Shown here: positions 9,805-24,494 of the stretch, one piece after another
Position numbering within the stretch: position 1 is the stretch's first letter
How the letters are laid out: each line of letters begins with the position of its first letter
From: Hamiltosporidium tvaerminnensis FI-OER-3-3
Lineage: Eukaryota; Fungi; Microsporidia
NCBI GenBank assembly: GCA_022605425.2
Contig: CM061249.1
Location: 1 to 64,000 of the forward strand
Reading direction: 5' to 3'
Length of the DNA: 64,000 nt
Position numbers and translations under genes: made by a program
The notes under the pieces: model-generated
What the model was told of the DNA's origin: nothing
Seen by the model: the letters and a program-made list of their open reading frames with translations, nothing else
Databases searched by the model: none

Positions 9805-12800
9805 TTCTTAATGTTCGGTGTTATTTATGTACATAATTTTTTCGAGTTTATTCAAAGCTAGTGTCGGCCTTGAGTCGAATTGACAAAACAAAAATTTTGA
9901 AAAAAATAAATTTAGAAAAATATATGTTTTATTGAATAAAAATTGCATAAAGCACTTCGGATATTAGGTAAATAATTTAATTTTGTAGTTTTAAATAAAA
10001 TTGGGATTATCTTCGATGTCATTTTTTCCTACCTAATTTTTTGAATTTTGTTTAATATATTTTATATATGGTATATGAAACACTTTAGAAATCTTGAAGA
10101 ACTTGGACTCGAAAGATATAAAATCTAATACTTTAAAATTGTTATAAATACATCAGATAGGTTTTTAACAATATTTCATGCCTTTTTTATAATTAAATAT
10201 AGCTATGTTTTATCAAGTTTTTATTACCTAATTTTTTACGATTTCATTCGATATATTTGCTGTATATAGTTATGATGCAATAAAAAAAATTTTAAAAAAT
10301 ACATTTGATTTAATACTTAAGAATTTATTAAAATACTTCGAATCTGTTATTAATAATGAAATAAGATTGTTTATAATGGAATTTGTTCATGTTTATGCGA
10401 TTTTTATTACCTAAGTTTTTTTAAACTGGTTAAAATGTTTTCTACAGTAGTATTAAACACTCGGAAAATTAATAAAAAAATAAATGAAATATATAATATT
10501 AAATGGTTAATAATCACCTAAAATGGCTTAAAAGTTCTTAAAATAACTTAAAAAGATCGTTTAATATGAAATTATTTGTTTTTAATGTAAGTTTTTTAAT
10601 AATTTTTGGTAATTTTTTTCGATATAATTTGTATATAGTCGTATTGACGATTCGAGATGATGAAATTATCAGGAAAAAAAAGAAAATCTTGAATGTTAAA
10701 AATTCTCTAAAAATTATACAGAACTTCTTATAATAATCTAATATAATTATATTTTACAAAAGATTCAGGAATGTTTCTGAGTAATTCCATTTTCCAAATT
10801 TTCATATTTTTTTTCGATAATATTTTCTATATACTGTATGAAACGATTTTAAATTAGAAAAAAAAATTCAGAAAAAAACATTAGTTATAATCTCAAAGAA
10901 CACATATAATAAATGTTCTTAGGATATCATTAATGTTATGTTTATGTTAAATTTTCTGAGATTCTAAGCAATTTTTTTTTACTGAATTTTTTAAAGTCAT
11001 TTGTTATATTTATATATACTATATTCAATTATTCGAAAGTTATCACAAATTCAAAATAAAAAAACAATTATGTTTATTTAAATAAGAATGATTCGAAATA
11101 CTACCAGGTAGATTCTTAACCTAATATATTTATTCTTAAATTTGTATTTGATTTACCTATATTTTTTAATTCTGTTAGATTAGTTTCAATATAGTTGTAT
11201 AAACCATTGCAAGATTCTAAAAATAAACTAAAAAAATATATGATTTATTTTACCTAAAGAATGTAAAAACTTTCCATATGGATTTATAAAGTTAGGAATG
11301 AGATAATAAAAAATTTGGTCAATTTATTAATTTTTTTGATTTACTTAATCAGTTTTCGTACAGTCGTATATACGATTTAAAAAATATAAAAAAGTTGTTC
11401 TTAAAAAATAAACGCTTCAATGCATAGGAATCTATAAAAATACATTAAGTGTGATTTAAATAATTTTATTTTTTTGTTAACTATAAAATATAGCAGTTTT
11501 TCTTATAAATTTTTATTACTTATTTTTGCAATGTTGCTTAGTATATCTTTTATATGAATATTAAGAAAGATAAGAATTATGAAAAATTCAAGTTGCCCAA
11601 ATAAACTTTAAAATAATTATAACGCTCCAAATATTTTAAAAAATACGTCTATATACTTAGATTATGCTTTATGATAATATTAAGTCATTTTGTGTCTTTG
11701 TTTCAATTTTCAATTTTTTTTGAATTTTGTAGGCATATTTAACTATAAATATGTCGCGTTTTAAAATTGAAAAAACATCAACGAAAAAATATATATTCAA
11801 TGCACAGCTTTTTAATTAATCTATAGAGGAGTCTTACAGTCCTCTAAAAGGTTGCTTCTGAATAAGCTCTGATGTTCTGAAGTAAATTTCTAAATTAATT
11901 TTTTCTCATTCAAACTACATAGTATATTGTGAATGAAGCAATTTAAAAAAAGGTGAAAATCTTCTTTAAAAAAATTTAAGAATTATATTACGAAAATATC
12001 GCAACTATCAAATTCTGTATAGTGTAACAGAATATTTTTCTTTAATTTAAATTTATAGTATATCTTTCTATTAAATTCGAATGAATTGATTTTTTCTATT
12101 TGTTTTATATATAGTCGTTTGAATGATATGAAAAATGGAAAAAAATATAATTAAAAAAATAGATGTTTCGTTGAATAAAAATTGGTATAGATACATCAGA
12201 TGTTTAGTAAAAAAAATTTATTTATAGTTAAGAATAAATTTTGTCTTTTTTCTTAACTTTTTTTATTGCTTGATTTTTTCTATTTTGTTTAATAGAGTTA
12301 CATGTATCAGAATTGAAGATTTTAAAATTTTTAAAATACTTTGTAAGAAAGAAATACTATTTAATGCTCTGAAATTGATACAAATTCTACTAATATGCTT
12401 ATAAAATATGACTGTTTATTTTGTATAAAATTTGGTTATGCAATCTTCATTACAATTTTTTTTTGATTTTTTTCGTGATATATTTGTATATAGTATATGA
12501 AACAAATAGAGAATTATCGATGACAAAATAAAATTTTTAAATAGTCAAAAAACAGCAAAAATACAAGAAATTATCTAATAAGGAAACAATATTGAGGTTG
12601 TTAATAAACTTTTCCCGTTTTTAAGAACATTTTTTCACAATATTTTTTTTCATTTCGATCAACCTATCTCGTATATAGTGTGTAGGCTATTCCAAAATTT
12701 TTGAAAATATTTTACAAGATATATGTTTTAATACCAAAAATTACTTTGAATATAATGAATAATTGTTTAATAATTAGATATTGTATGTATAATAAAATTT

Positions 12801-13060
12801 TAGGTTCTTTTTGTAAATTTCTGTACTCCAAAATTATCGAATTTAGTCGATATAGTTACTTATAGTCGTATTGAAGATTCTATAATATGAAAAAAATATA
12901 TAAAAACAAATAAGATTATATACATGAAAAATCCGGAAAAGGGATTAGAAATCTTTATAATTATCAAATGTGGTTTCTTTTAATTAAATCTGCCATTTTT
13001 GCTTTAAATTTTAATACTTGTTTGTTTTTTTAATTTTATTTAGATTCGTTTCCTTTTTAA
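9805..13060. repeat. Diverged ~190-bp tandem repeat, array 1 (about 17 units)
   Basis: The core TTATTACCTAATTTTTT...GATATATTTTCTATATAGT(C)GTATGAAACGATT recurs every ~170-200 bp (cores near 9874, 10071, 10269, 10444, 10635, 10831, 11016, 11191, 11360...). Confidence 0.85.
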
Positions 13061-13459
13061 GTTTTTTTAACTAAAATATTTTATGTTTTTGTAATTATTT
13101 TACTTCTTTTTGCTACATTTAAAATTTCTAGTCGTATATACTTGTTTTACTTAAATTCATTTTGCTTAGCCTTAATCTAGTTTTTAAATATAGTTACATT
13201 TTTTTAGATCATTCTTTTGTTATTTATTTGCTAAGTTAAATAGTCACTTATGTAAGCGTTTTTCTACAAATAAACTATTCTAGCTCTTATAATGTTGAAT
13301 TTTTTCAAAAAGTACTATTTTTTCTTTAAAAAAGTATTATGTTATTATATTTTATTGGAATTTTTATTAATTTTATGTCAATTTTATATTCATTTAGCTA
13401 AAAATTCGTTTAATCACATCACTATGTCACATTTGAATATATACTTAAGTATTTTCTCT

Positions 13460-16400
13460 TCTTATATGATATTAAGTGTTTAAGTCTAATAAGCGTATAA
13501 AATTTACCATAATTGGAAGTTTTTAAGTCTAAGGTATTGAATGTTTTTTTATCCTTATTTGAAATATTTGGACTATTAAAACCTTTACTCAATATCAAAA
13601 GCTAAGATTTTTTTATCTTGGTCATAATACGCTGTGTTTAACTTTAATATTGCCGTATTAAATTTTATGAAATCGTTCGGAAAAGCTCTCAGTATATTGT
13701 TAGAAACATTAATCATATATGGGATTTATAGATAACTTTCGATTTCTATATAACCTCATATTATTTACCTTTTATAAAATTGATTGAAATGCCATGTATC
13801 TATTATAAATGTATTGTTTATGTTACTTAAAAAAATATAAATCTATTTGAAAGAAAGATGTATATGTGAAAGATATTTTAATATCATGTATAAAACTTTT
13901 AATCGAATTAATGAGAAAATTAATACTATTAACTTTTGTGAAATGGATTAAATTTTTTTAGATTTATAAAGAGATTAATTTATTATGTGTAATACAATTT
14001 ATAGGCAGTAGATCTTAATATTTCATTCATCTCAATATATCATATAAATAAATATTTTGTTTTATAATATATAGCCAGAGTGAACCAACTTAAATTGTTA
14101 TATTCTTAAATGTATTAAATGTTTTTATAATTTGTAAACTCTTTTTATTAGAATTATATACTATCTTACTGAAAGTGCTAAAGAATTAACTTTAAATAAA
14201 TAGGATAGTATACTAAAATGTCTTAAACTTATAACTTTATTTTATTTATATTACTTTTATTTTAAAACTACATTTTTCTGAATGATTTTACATTAATTAT
14301 TAGTACATTTGAATGCTTTTGAATTATCTACCTAGTTTAAATACAATTTCTACAACTATGTTTTAAATGGTTCGGATATCTGCTATTTGGGTTTTTTTGA
14401 TCTTTAACTTTCACTGTAGCAATACGGATTCACACAAAAAAACAATTCAACTAAAAACTAATTTAGATAATATTTTAATTTGTATATGATAGAATGAATG
14501 ATCAATATATAGTTCAGTATAAACTTAATTTTATACCACATAATTTAATATATATTTTTTTATAGCTTTACAGCTACGAACAAATCTTTACATAATAAAG
14601 AAATACTTATATTAATGAAATCATAAGATATTGATAACATTTTTATATCTAGATATATTTATAAGAGGATATTAAACGAGAAGATTAAAAAACATATTTT
14701 TTTATCAAATCGGTCGTGTATTATAAGTCAAAAAATAAAATTTCGATGAGTTTGTTTGTCGAATTATAGCTAATTATATCGAAATTATTCTTTTTCTCAA
14801 TTAAAACTTAAAAATAGAGACAATTAGGTATCAAAAATCACTAAAACTATAAGTGAGATTTAATTCTAAATGTTGTGGCATCTTTTACAAGTAAATTAGT
14901 ACTTTTTAATTTTGAAACTTTCGATTCTTCCTTATATGAATAAAAATTAAACTAATTCAGAGGAATAGAACTTATGCCACAACCAACTGATATATTTTTA
15001 CTAGAATATTTGCACCTGTAATATATTATCTCAAACTATCCAAGCTGATTCGAATTATGGAATGGCATATCTAAGGTTATTTACACATTTTACCTTTGTT
15101 CAAAGTGTAGTCACAAAGAACTCATCTGATCTTGTTTGAAGTCAAAATTAACTAAATAATTTAATGAATTCACTCATAATATATTGGTAGATAAATACCC
15201 AATATCATTAACTGGAATTTTCATAACGCGAAGGCAAATAACGCAATTATGAGGCGCATTTGCCTATTTCAAAAAATTCGAGGTAAAGTTGTATATTATA
15301 AAGAAAAAGATAAAATAATATAATATAATATAATTGAATTTATAAGTTATAAGTTTAAAATTTAATAGATTTTATTTACTTTACATCAAAAAACATTACC
15401 TTTGTATATTTGCTCGACTATTTCTTTTAAACTTTAAGAAAATTTATTTGTTCCTCATGATATATGAGTGAATTGTTCTCTATCATTGAATTTTTTTCTT
15501 CTTGATAAAATGTGTTCTTCTTATTATAGAAATCTTCGTAAATGGTTTGAGCTATTAACGCGTAAATTAACCGTTTGGACTCAATACAAAGTTTGTATTA
15601 TATATTATCTTATATCATTTTTTGGTTTGTGTTAGAAGATTAAACATATTTTATATTTTCTAAAAATTTAAAGGTAATGCTGTTTTGAAGAAATATTTTT
15701 AAATGTATATTTTTTTAGTAATTTTTGCTTATAAAAAATTCCAAACTCATAGGTCTAAATGCTTCTTTTTGTTTGAATACTATTTTATTTATATTGATTT
15801 TAAAGAAAACAGAGAATAAATAATGTGCCTTTTCTCATAATCACAATGTCACAATGCTACATAAAGAATAAAAAATTAGAATTTTATTGAATGTATATTC
15901 GCTTATACAAAGCTTTCCATTTTAAAATACTTTTGATAAGGATAAAACTTTATGCAAATGATATGCATTCTAACGAATTTAGATTTTAATATTTTTTTTT
16001 AAATTATTAATAATAATTTAGAAGATTCCATATAACAATTATTTTAACTATATCTCTATACGTATTAAACAATAAATTTTTTTTAGATTGTAAATGGTTT
16101 GAAATTAATTCATTTTACAGCTATTTTTATAATTTATTTTTTTTATTTAAATTTATGCAAGTTATAAATTCAGATATGAAATAGAATATGAAGAAAATTA
16201 TATATGTAGGGATATACTAATAAAAATATCTTAGTATGATTTAAAAGAAGCCAAGAACATTATTTAAATAAGTATTGTTATACATTAAAATGGTTTAGAA
16301 GGGTAAACATTGGATGGTATAATTAACAATTGTGACTTTAGCTCACTCATATTGTAACTGGATAGATTGCTTTGGAAGAATATCTTCAAGATTCTGAACG

Positions 16401-17600
16401 AATTAAATGAATTTTGATTCTAAGTGACATTGATTGTAAAAAAATTTAAAAGTATAAATAGGCAAGGGTTTTCATTTTGTAGCATCTTCTACAGATTAGC
16501 TTCAAGAATATATATGTTTGAAATATCGGATGCTCTATAGGAAAAGCTCTTCATCCTTTAAACTACAAGAGCCATGACTGTACTGAAGTGGAAGCCAAAT
16601 ATACCAAATGTCCCCGTTTACAGATATCCATTCTCTGTAATATTTGCAGCCAAATTTGCTGCATCTGTATATCCTAATTGCTGGATTATAGAAAGACTTA
16701 TGCAAATTTATTTACGTAATTCTATACTTGCTTCAATATAGATGTCCTGAACAACAATCGATTTTGTTAAAAAATCAAAGAATTCGAAATGCATGGTTTT
16801 AATCACTTTATAATGCTAAGATACACTTACGAACAACATCAATTGTATTTAAAAGAACTTTAAGGCAATGAGCCAAATACTAGGACAACACTACCTATTT
16901 AGTTAGAAAAGTCGTTTGGAAATATTTACTCACTACAATAAAATTATATCAAAATACTATTCAGAAAAATCTTAAATCATTTTACGAACAACCGTAATTT
17001 ATTGTTTACAATATCTACAATTTTGATTGTATGATTTTAATTGCTTAATTCAATCACAATCTAAAACGATAGGTCTTTTATAATATTTTGCATATGTGTG
17101 ATTCTTATATATTTACATTTCTATATAAATAAATGTGTTTGTTTCATCTTTCTAAAGGTATTACATACTTTGTTGCTAGCTATGTTACAGAACTTATATA
17201 AAGACATTGAAAAGTTAATCGAAACGTATATTTCTTTAATGTTTTTCTAAACTAACTTTCTCAAGTATTTCACTGCTACAGATTAGGTAAATATTATTTT
17301 CTTTACTATATTTCTCAAGTATTTCGCTCACCCAGGTCAGTAGAAGCAAAAATTTTAAATTGGAATGGTATTAAGTGCTTTATGCACTTTCTAATAAATT
17401 AACTTTTTTTATTTGCTTTTCTAAGCTAGTTAATGTGATTTGCATTTATCTTTCAATTCTTTTCAAATTAAATTAAAATGGCTTTTTTTTGGCTCGACCA
17501 TAGAAAGTTTTAGTTTCCCTTTTATAACGAATTCACAATAAATAGAAATAAAACGAAGATATCCTTAAATGCATTTTGAAATCGCTTTTTTACAGTTTTT
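13460..17600. pseudogene. Decayed multigene-family coding region (family A); minus strand favoured in its left part
   Basis: The minus frame PYMINVSNNILRAFPNDFIKFNTAILKLNTAYYDQDKK is stop-free and matches the paralog at ~20.8 kb (PYMINVSINILKAFNNNFGNFNKAIFRSNTTYYDQDKK). KLPIMVNFI is also shared. There are many stops and frameshifts elsewhere, and the strand is ambiguous beyond ~14.9 kb. Confidence 0.55.
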
Positions 17601-17999
17601 TATGATTTTCGTACTTTTATCCAAGTAAGTAAAATATCCAGACATTTTTTTACATTAAAAACACTTATGAATAAAATAGCGACATTTCTTTTGAATATAA
17701 AAATAAAAGAGCTTCGAAATGCAAAGCTGTTAGCATTTTTAATTAAAATGTATTTTCAACTATAAAAAATAAGTATTGAATTTAATCACCTAAAATTTTA
17801 AAACGGTAAACTCCTAATATTAAATGATTTTTTACGTGTAATATTTTGAATTTAGCAGATGTCATAACTTTTGCCAATGAAAACTATCTTGAAACCTTGG
17901 AACGAAAAATATAATGTTTTAAAAAAATCCCCAAACGAAAATTAAAAAGCAGTTGAATATTAAAAAAAGAAAATTTTTATTTGTAATTAGACCAAAATA

Positions 18000-19060
18000 G
18001 TTCCCCTAACCAAAATCTTTAAACTGTTGCTCTGCTCTACAATATTTTAGGAGCATAAGCAGAATCAAATATTTCTAAAAACCAAACACGCTTTAAAAAA
18101 TAGCAAAAACTTTTTTCACTCAACTAATTAATTTCATACACTCCAAAAAAGTTTTCCCTACCCTAATTTTTAGTCCCCCAATCTAAACATTTTTCCCCAA
18201 CATTATTATTATTTCCCTACCTCGATTCTTTTTACCCTTGCGCCTGTTCTACATAACAGAATATTTTTTCCCCTAAATTTCTTTAGCTTTTAAATATATT
18301 CTCGAAAAGCTTCATCATTTCCCCGACCAAATCTTTTTATCTTTAAATATATTTTTTCGTCAACTAATTTATTTCCGCTCTAATTTACTTTTTGCCATAA
18401 ACTTGCTCTTCCTCTCAGACAATTATTTTTTTCTCAAGTTTTTTTAATTATTCTGTTCAAATTATTTCTTTTTTGAAATTTTGTATCTTTAAAACAAATA
18501 TTCTATTAATTATCCGACTCCATTGATCTCAACTAGATATTTTCTTTCTGCCGGTTCTTTTTCTTAAAAACGGATTCTTTTCTACAGATTTTAACTTTCC
18601 TTGGTCTTTTTTACATTTTAAAAACCAATACTTTATTTCTTTAGCAAACCTTTTCACTTTAACTAAACATCATTCCCCAACCTGTTTTTATAACTAATTC
18701 TCCTTTCCCATACGTAATTTTCTTCCTTTATAACCCTTTTTTTCGCTATCTTAAATCTTTTTCCGAATCAGAATCTTTTCCCTAACTACTGTCTTTTTTC
18801 CCAAACTATTTTTTTTTACTTGCTGGCCCCGATCTACTCATCAAAAACAGATTTATTCTCCTGACTTAATTCCTAATCTTTTTTCGTCGAACAGATCTTT
18901 CTTCGCTAACTACAATCTTTTTTTCCTTGGCTAATTTTCTTTCTCTCTAATTTTTTTATTCTTGTTGAATAAAATTTGGGGTAAAAAAAATAGAAATTAA
19001 TTGAGAAAAATAATTTCTTTTGTAAAAGTTGATTTTATTTTTTCCTACCCTATCGTAAGA
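18000..19060 (+). repeat. Degenerate telomere-like minisatellite, approximate unit TTTTCCCTAACYAAATC
   Basis: Strongly C/T-skewed tract with recurring ttcccctaacc, ttttccctaccctaa, tttccccgacc, ttttccctaact and ttttcccaaact. Confidence 0.6.
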
Positions 19061-20639
19061 AACCATGTTTGTTTTTCCTTATAAAATTGGTTTCGTCAAT
19101 AATTCACGAGTAATAATGTGATTGTAATGTTTGCCACCAATCCTTTTCTACTTAAAATTTTTATAAATAAAAATTATTTTGCTTTTAAATTTATTTTGCT
19201 TGAAAATTTACTTTTTCTTAGATTCTATAACTATGAAAAGACACAAATTTAGATTTAAAAATGATTTGTGGAATACTATTATTTATCTAATAATATATTC
19301 AGATTTCTTTTTGTAATAATATAACTCTGGTGAAGTTAGATAATTCTAAACTCCAAAAATTTGAAAAATAAGGTGAATTCAATTATTTTAGATATAATAA
19401 TCAAAAACAGTTTGGTAAGAATTTCTTCTAAAGTTGTTCAGCAAATAAATTTGTATAAAAATAAGAATAAAATAAAATGTTTTACTAAAAAAAATTTAAT
19501 GTGTAAATTCGAATCGGTTGTCACGGAGAAAATAAAACTTGCCTTTCCATGTAATCCTAAAACCTAAAACAAAAAAATTAATGAAAACTCTAACTTATAT
19601 AGTTATGTAGATGTTTTTAGTATGTTTCGTAATCTTTCTTTTAATGTAAATTATGTATTCAAATTCTGTATTTAAGAGTAATGTTTATAAAACACTTGGT
19701 CTGAAATAATTTATTTGCGTTGAATGGGACAGATTGCAGTAGTGGTATGGTATATAGAGATACATTTTTAAGGTTAAAGTGGAAGAAAGGAACCTAGGGG
19801 GAAGTAAAATGTAGATTAGGGTAAAAAACGTGTAGCAAAAAGGTTGATCGGAGAATAAATCTAGATCAAAACAGCTATTAATTTTGTTTCGCTTTCAGTT
19901 TTCAGTTTTTTTTTAATTTGATTTCATTCGTATTATCTCTTAGAGTGATCACCCTAACCCTGAAGGGTTTTGGATGAATTACACATTTGAGTTTAAAAAT
20001 ATCTTTATTCTATCTGTGGATGTTTAAATATTTAAATCAAAGTTACTTAGAAATTGTCTTTTTTTGAAAATTTGATCCTATAAAAGTTACGAATGTTTAC
20101 ATTTTTTTATTTTTTGTATATTTTACAGTTTAAAGAAATGTTTTTTCTTTGTTATACATTTAAAAAAAATGTTTTTAAAAACATTATATGGTTTTTTTTG
20201 GAATCTCTGAAATTTTTATGCTATAGTATTTTACAACTTTTATTATTAGTTACTATTTTTTCAAGCCAGTTCTAGATTTTTTTTATATTTTGTATAGATT
20301 TAAGCGTATTATTTATATTTTCAAACCTATGTATAAATTATTATGTTTTCTACATTTTTTCTTTAATTTTGGAATTGTGTACTATTTTTATGGATTCATT
20401 TTATATTTATTTAGGTATCAAGTTTTTTAAAAATCTATAATTTAGCAATTTTTTCACATCCCATATAATTTTCTAAAAGTTTAGCTTTTTTTTCTTCAAA
20501 AAATAATTTTTTTTTAAAATTTTACAACTTTTTTGAATAATTATGAAATGCTATTTATTTTTAGTAATTTTTCAAAAAATTCTTTATTTATTTTTAAATC
20601 GTTAAAAATACGCATATGCTTTAATGGTATTTCTTCTTA

Positions 20640-22850
20640 TAGCATTTTAAATGACCAACCTTAATAAACTTATAAAATTTACCATAATTGGAAGTTTTTG
20701 CTGGTAAGGTATTAGGTCTTTTTTTTGTTTATTTATTACATTGGAACTATTAAAAACTATAATCACCATCCTATAAATATAATTTCTTATCTTGGTCATA
20801 ATACGTCGTATTCGATCTAAATATAGCCTTATTAAAATTTCCGAAATTGTTATTAAAAGCCTTCAATATATTGATTGAGACATTTATCATATAGGGTATT
20901 CAGAAGTAACTTTTGATTTCTCAATAACCTCATATTAGTACTTTCCGAAAATTGAGCAAAATGCCACCTATTATATATGGATTGCTTCTTTGGCTTTAAA
21001 AGAATATAAAGCTAAGGAAGAGAAAGTACTTGATCTGAAAAAGTATTTAAAATATCTTGTATGCTATTTTGAAGCGAAAAGAAGAGAAATGTAAAAATAT
21101 TGCTTTTAATCTAATATATTAAATATTGCCTATATTTATATAGACATGCATTTATTATTCATATACATATATCTATATTAGCTGTGTTAATATTTAAATC
21201 ACCTTAATATATCCATATAAAAAAATGGTTTTTATTTTAATATTTGCCCTATTTGACTGACTTAAATTGTTTTTATTATAAGTATATTGATTCTTATCAA
21301 TAATGCTAAGTTTTTTTTAAAAAATTATATATTATATGGTAGTGATTTACAGAATTGAAGTTTAATAAAATTGATACTAAATAAAATATCTTGAGTCATA
21401 AATGTGTTTATATAGTAATAGAATAATAAAACCAAATTTAAATAGATGTTTTTACGCTAAGTATATCAATTTTAATTTTCTTAACCCATTTCTGTTTTTT
21501 AAAAAAAATTATACAACTTATTCCTAAAATAGTTTAATTTTGTATGCTTTTAAATGTTACAATGGTTATGAAGTCGTACATAAAATATAATATTTGAATT
21601 ATAGAATATTTACGAGATATTTTATCTTATTTTAGCGACAAGTAAACCTTAAATAAATTTGGTTTATTTTAAACTAAATTAAATACTCGTTTTTTACATA
21701 TGACTAATATATATTTCTCTTATTTGTATGTAAAGCTAGAAATTCATTTCAAACTTTTCAGAAATTCATTTAAATGAATGAAATAATAAAATCAAGGATA
21801 CATTGATAACAAAATGTATTTATAGATGAGTCTTATATTATAATTAATTAAGTTTGTTTGTGAAAATAGGCGTCTATTCTATTTCACTAAATAAAATTTC
21901 TATTTATTAAGTTCGTGGATTTATATTATACCATTAGTTATGGGTTATATACTTTAAATATAAAAAAAAGAAGATGGTTTAAAATGTAAAAAAATAATAT
22001 GATTATGCTTGGATTTTTTATATTCGGTATTCTCTACACGTAACTTAGCACTATCTTGTTCTTAAACCTCTATTAGCCGATCCACTCTATAAAGATTTAA
22101 CTTAATGTAGAACGAAAGACACTAGTTCCACAATCAACTACTGTATATTTTCCGAAAAATTCGCAGCAAATTAATACATTTTAAACTACCCAGGCTTGTT
22201 TTTATCATGGAAATAGTATGTAAGGCTATTTGCCTGTGTAAATTATTTAGGATTCAAATGGGGTGTCTAAGAACTCATTCGATCTTGTTCAAAATCGGAT
22301 TTACGAACAAAGTAAATTCGTTTACTTAAAATTTATTTAAAAATAACTCTACCAATATCAGAAACGCCTTTTATATACTAAATGGTTAAGAATTACATTC
22401 AAGGACGGATTTGCATAATCGCAAAGTTTCAGAGTGAATAACTATACCATAAACAATTTGTAAAATATTATTTTGTGTTATAATTAAAACCTTTTAAAAA
22501 ACCAGCAACCACACTTAAGCTGTATCATAATACTTGTTTCATTTAAATCATCTATTCGTCTTTTTATCTACAACTACAATCGTGATCTTTATGATATATA
22601 ATGTGATTTAGGCTCTTTAAAGTGTTGTATTCTTGTTGGAAGATGTTTATGCTTAAGCTATATATATTCTAATATGAATATGTATTAGCTATCTTTAGAT
22701 ATACCTTAGCGGAAAGTCATTAAATATATTAATGAATTACTTTGTCCCCACTTGTTTTATAAGGATCGATTTTATTCTTACAAAATAGAAGACTATTGTT
22801 GTAAATAAATAAAATATCTCAAATGTAATTTAAAACACCATGAGATATAT
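20640..22850. pseudogene. Older paralog of family A pseudogene
   Basis: Shares AAATTTACCATAATTGGAAGTTTTT, TATCTTGGTCATAATACG and AAGAACTCAT..GATCTTGTT blocks with 13.5-15.3 kb at an offset of about 7.2 kb. Confidence 0.55.
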
Positions 22851-23499
22851 TAACTCTCTTAAATTGTATGATATTTAGAAAGTAAATTTTATAAAATAAA
22901 ACCTGGTTATTAAACCAAGAAATATAGATTAACTAATTGCAAAAGATTTAAATGTTTATAATTTGATTTGAAGGAATATAAAAGAAATGTATTTAATAAA
23001 CCGGGAGGTATAGAAATTGATTTAAATAAATTATAATGTTTTTTTTACATAAATATAGACATATAATAGATAATATAAACCAATTTTACAACATTTTATT
23101 TTTTTATACCTCAAAATCATTAAATTCCTACAAATTCGTATTTCTTAGAAAACAAACGAACATTTCTATTTGTTCTGAAAGTTATTACAAGGAATTTATC
23201 CAAAGTAATTTTATAGTATAAACATTCTGATATTCTAAATATATCAAATAGCTATTTTTAATTTCACTTTAAGATAAATATTTGAATTTAATATTTAGAT
23301 TTCAACACTTAAAAACATATCTGATTCAATCAAAACCACTTAGGTCTTTTTCCTCCTCATAGGCCCATAAAGAAATGCCTTTTCGGAATTAGATTAGTTA
23401 ACACATAAAATTTCCAGAATTTGCATCTTAACAACGTTCCACGCTTTCTAGTTCTACCAAGAAAAGAATTTCTAAATTGTGCTCAGTTGTAACTAAGAT

Positions 23500-24060
23500 T
23501 GCAAATGTAGAAGTCTACTGTTGTATACAATCAAAAATTGTTCAATGTCTTCCAAACACTTTTCATAAAACCCCAGCATCGAATATAACCTACTTAACAA
23601 TGCTTTAGGTATTAAACCTCCCCTATGCTTCTTTCTTCTTCTCCAAGTGTAACAGGAAAAACTTTGTTCAGATTAAATAAAAAGAACTCTTTGGATAAAA
23701 TTTTCTTATAATAAAAATGCTTTGGGTAAAAATATAATGCGGAAATAAACTGAATAATCGAATCATTTGCTTCAGAAAACTTTCACGGTGTTGTGGCCTG
23801 ATATCCAACAGCATCACAATATAATCTAACTATCATATATCTGAACTGTAACTGAAAACTATTTTTAAGATAATTCAATTTGCTGGGGAATACATTGAGA
23901 TGCAAATAAAAATATTAAACATCATACATCCTCAACTTTATAGCCATTACACACTTTTTCATCTTTCCTGTCTACATTTCTTGAGTTACTTCTTCATTCC
24001 AACTTCATCAATGAAAAATAATCTTTTTATATCAGAAACATAAGGATAGAAATTTTTAAA
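23500..24060 (-). mobile_element. Highly decayed DDE transposase relic, Merlin/ISXO2 (IS1595)-like
   Basis: Ordered minus-strand fragments FFIDEVGMKK.LKKCRQER.KSV.W, then RESFLKQMIRLF...YIFTQS...LSKEFF, then WRRRKKHRGG...YEKCLEDI. They loosely follow the ISXO2 motif order. Tc1/IS630 is the alternative for the IDE motif. Confidence 0.4.
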
Positions 24061-24494
24061 ATAGGTATAGAAATTAAATTGTTTTGAACACAATCTTTTA
24101 TTTGATTTAACACCAAAAGAAAAAATTTAAATTAAAACATATAAAACATGGGAACATCTCTAATATTTGTTTTTCCTGTTTCTAAAATTGGTAAAAGTAT
24201 CAGTTAAAATTTCATTTCAGTAGATTTTTTTTCAATATATGATTATTAAAACATTTCTTCAACTTTTTATTTTAAATTTTAAAAACTGTTTTTTCAATCG
24301 TGATTTTACCGTTAAAACGATTTATTCATCATTATTATATGGTTACATTATTCAAATACCTCAATTTATTGCTAATTCATGCGCAAAACGTCTAACTATA
24401 TTTATAAAAATATTTAACCCTACTTTTACTATGCTAAAATCATAAATATTTAATTTTTTCTATTTTGAGCCTAAATAAAAAATTTAAATTGTAT

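Larger units (their letters stand above)
9805..20550 (+). repeat. Segmental duplication, copy 1 (~10.7 kb)
   Basis: Colinear with 52482-63230 at an offset of about 42.7 kb. Examples: TTCAAAGCTAGTGTC at 9851 and ~52527; TCTCTTAGAGTGATCACCC at ~19936 and ~62584. Confidence 0.95.

Noticed and set aside
16140-16900. Genome-wide stop-codon reassignment (TAA/TAG read as sense)
   Set aside because: TGA stops and frameshifts still break the frames, stop density is near that expected by chance, and the LINE ORFs use the standard code and end in TAG.
19945-19975. Telomerase RNA template (ACCCTAACCCTGA)
   Set aside because: The duplicate copy at ~62598 lacks a base of it, no supporting structure was recognised, and it sits next to degenerate telomere-like DNA.
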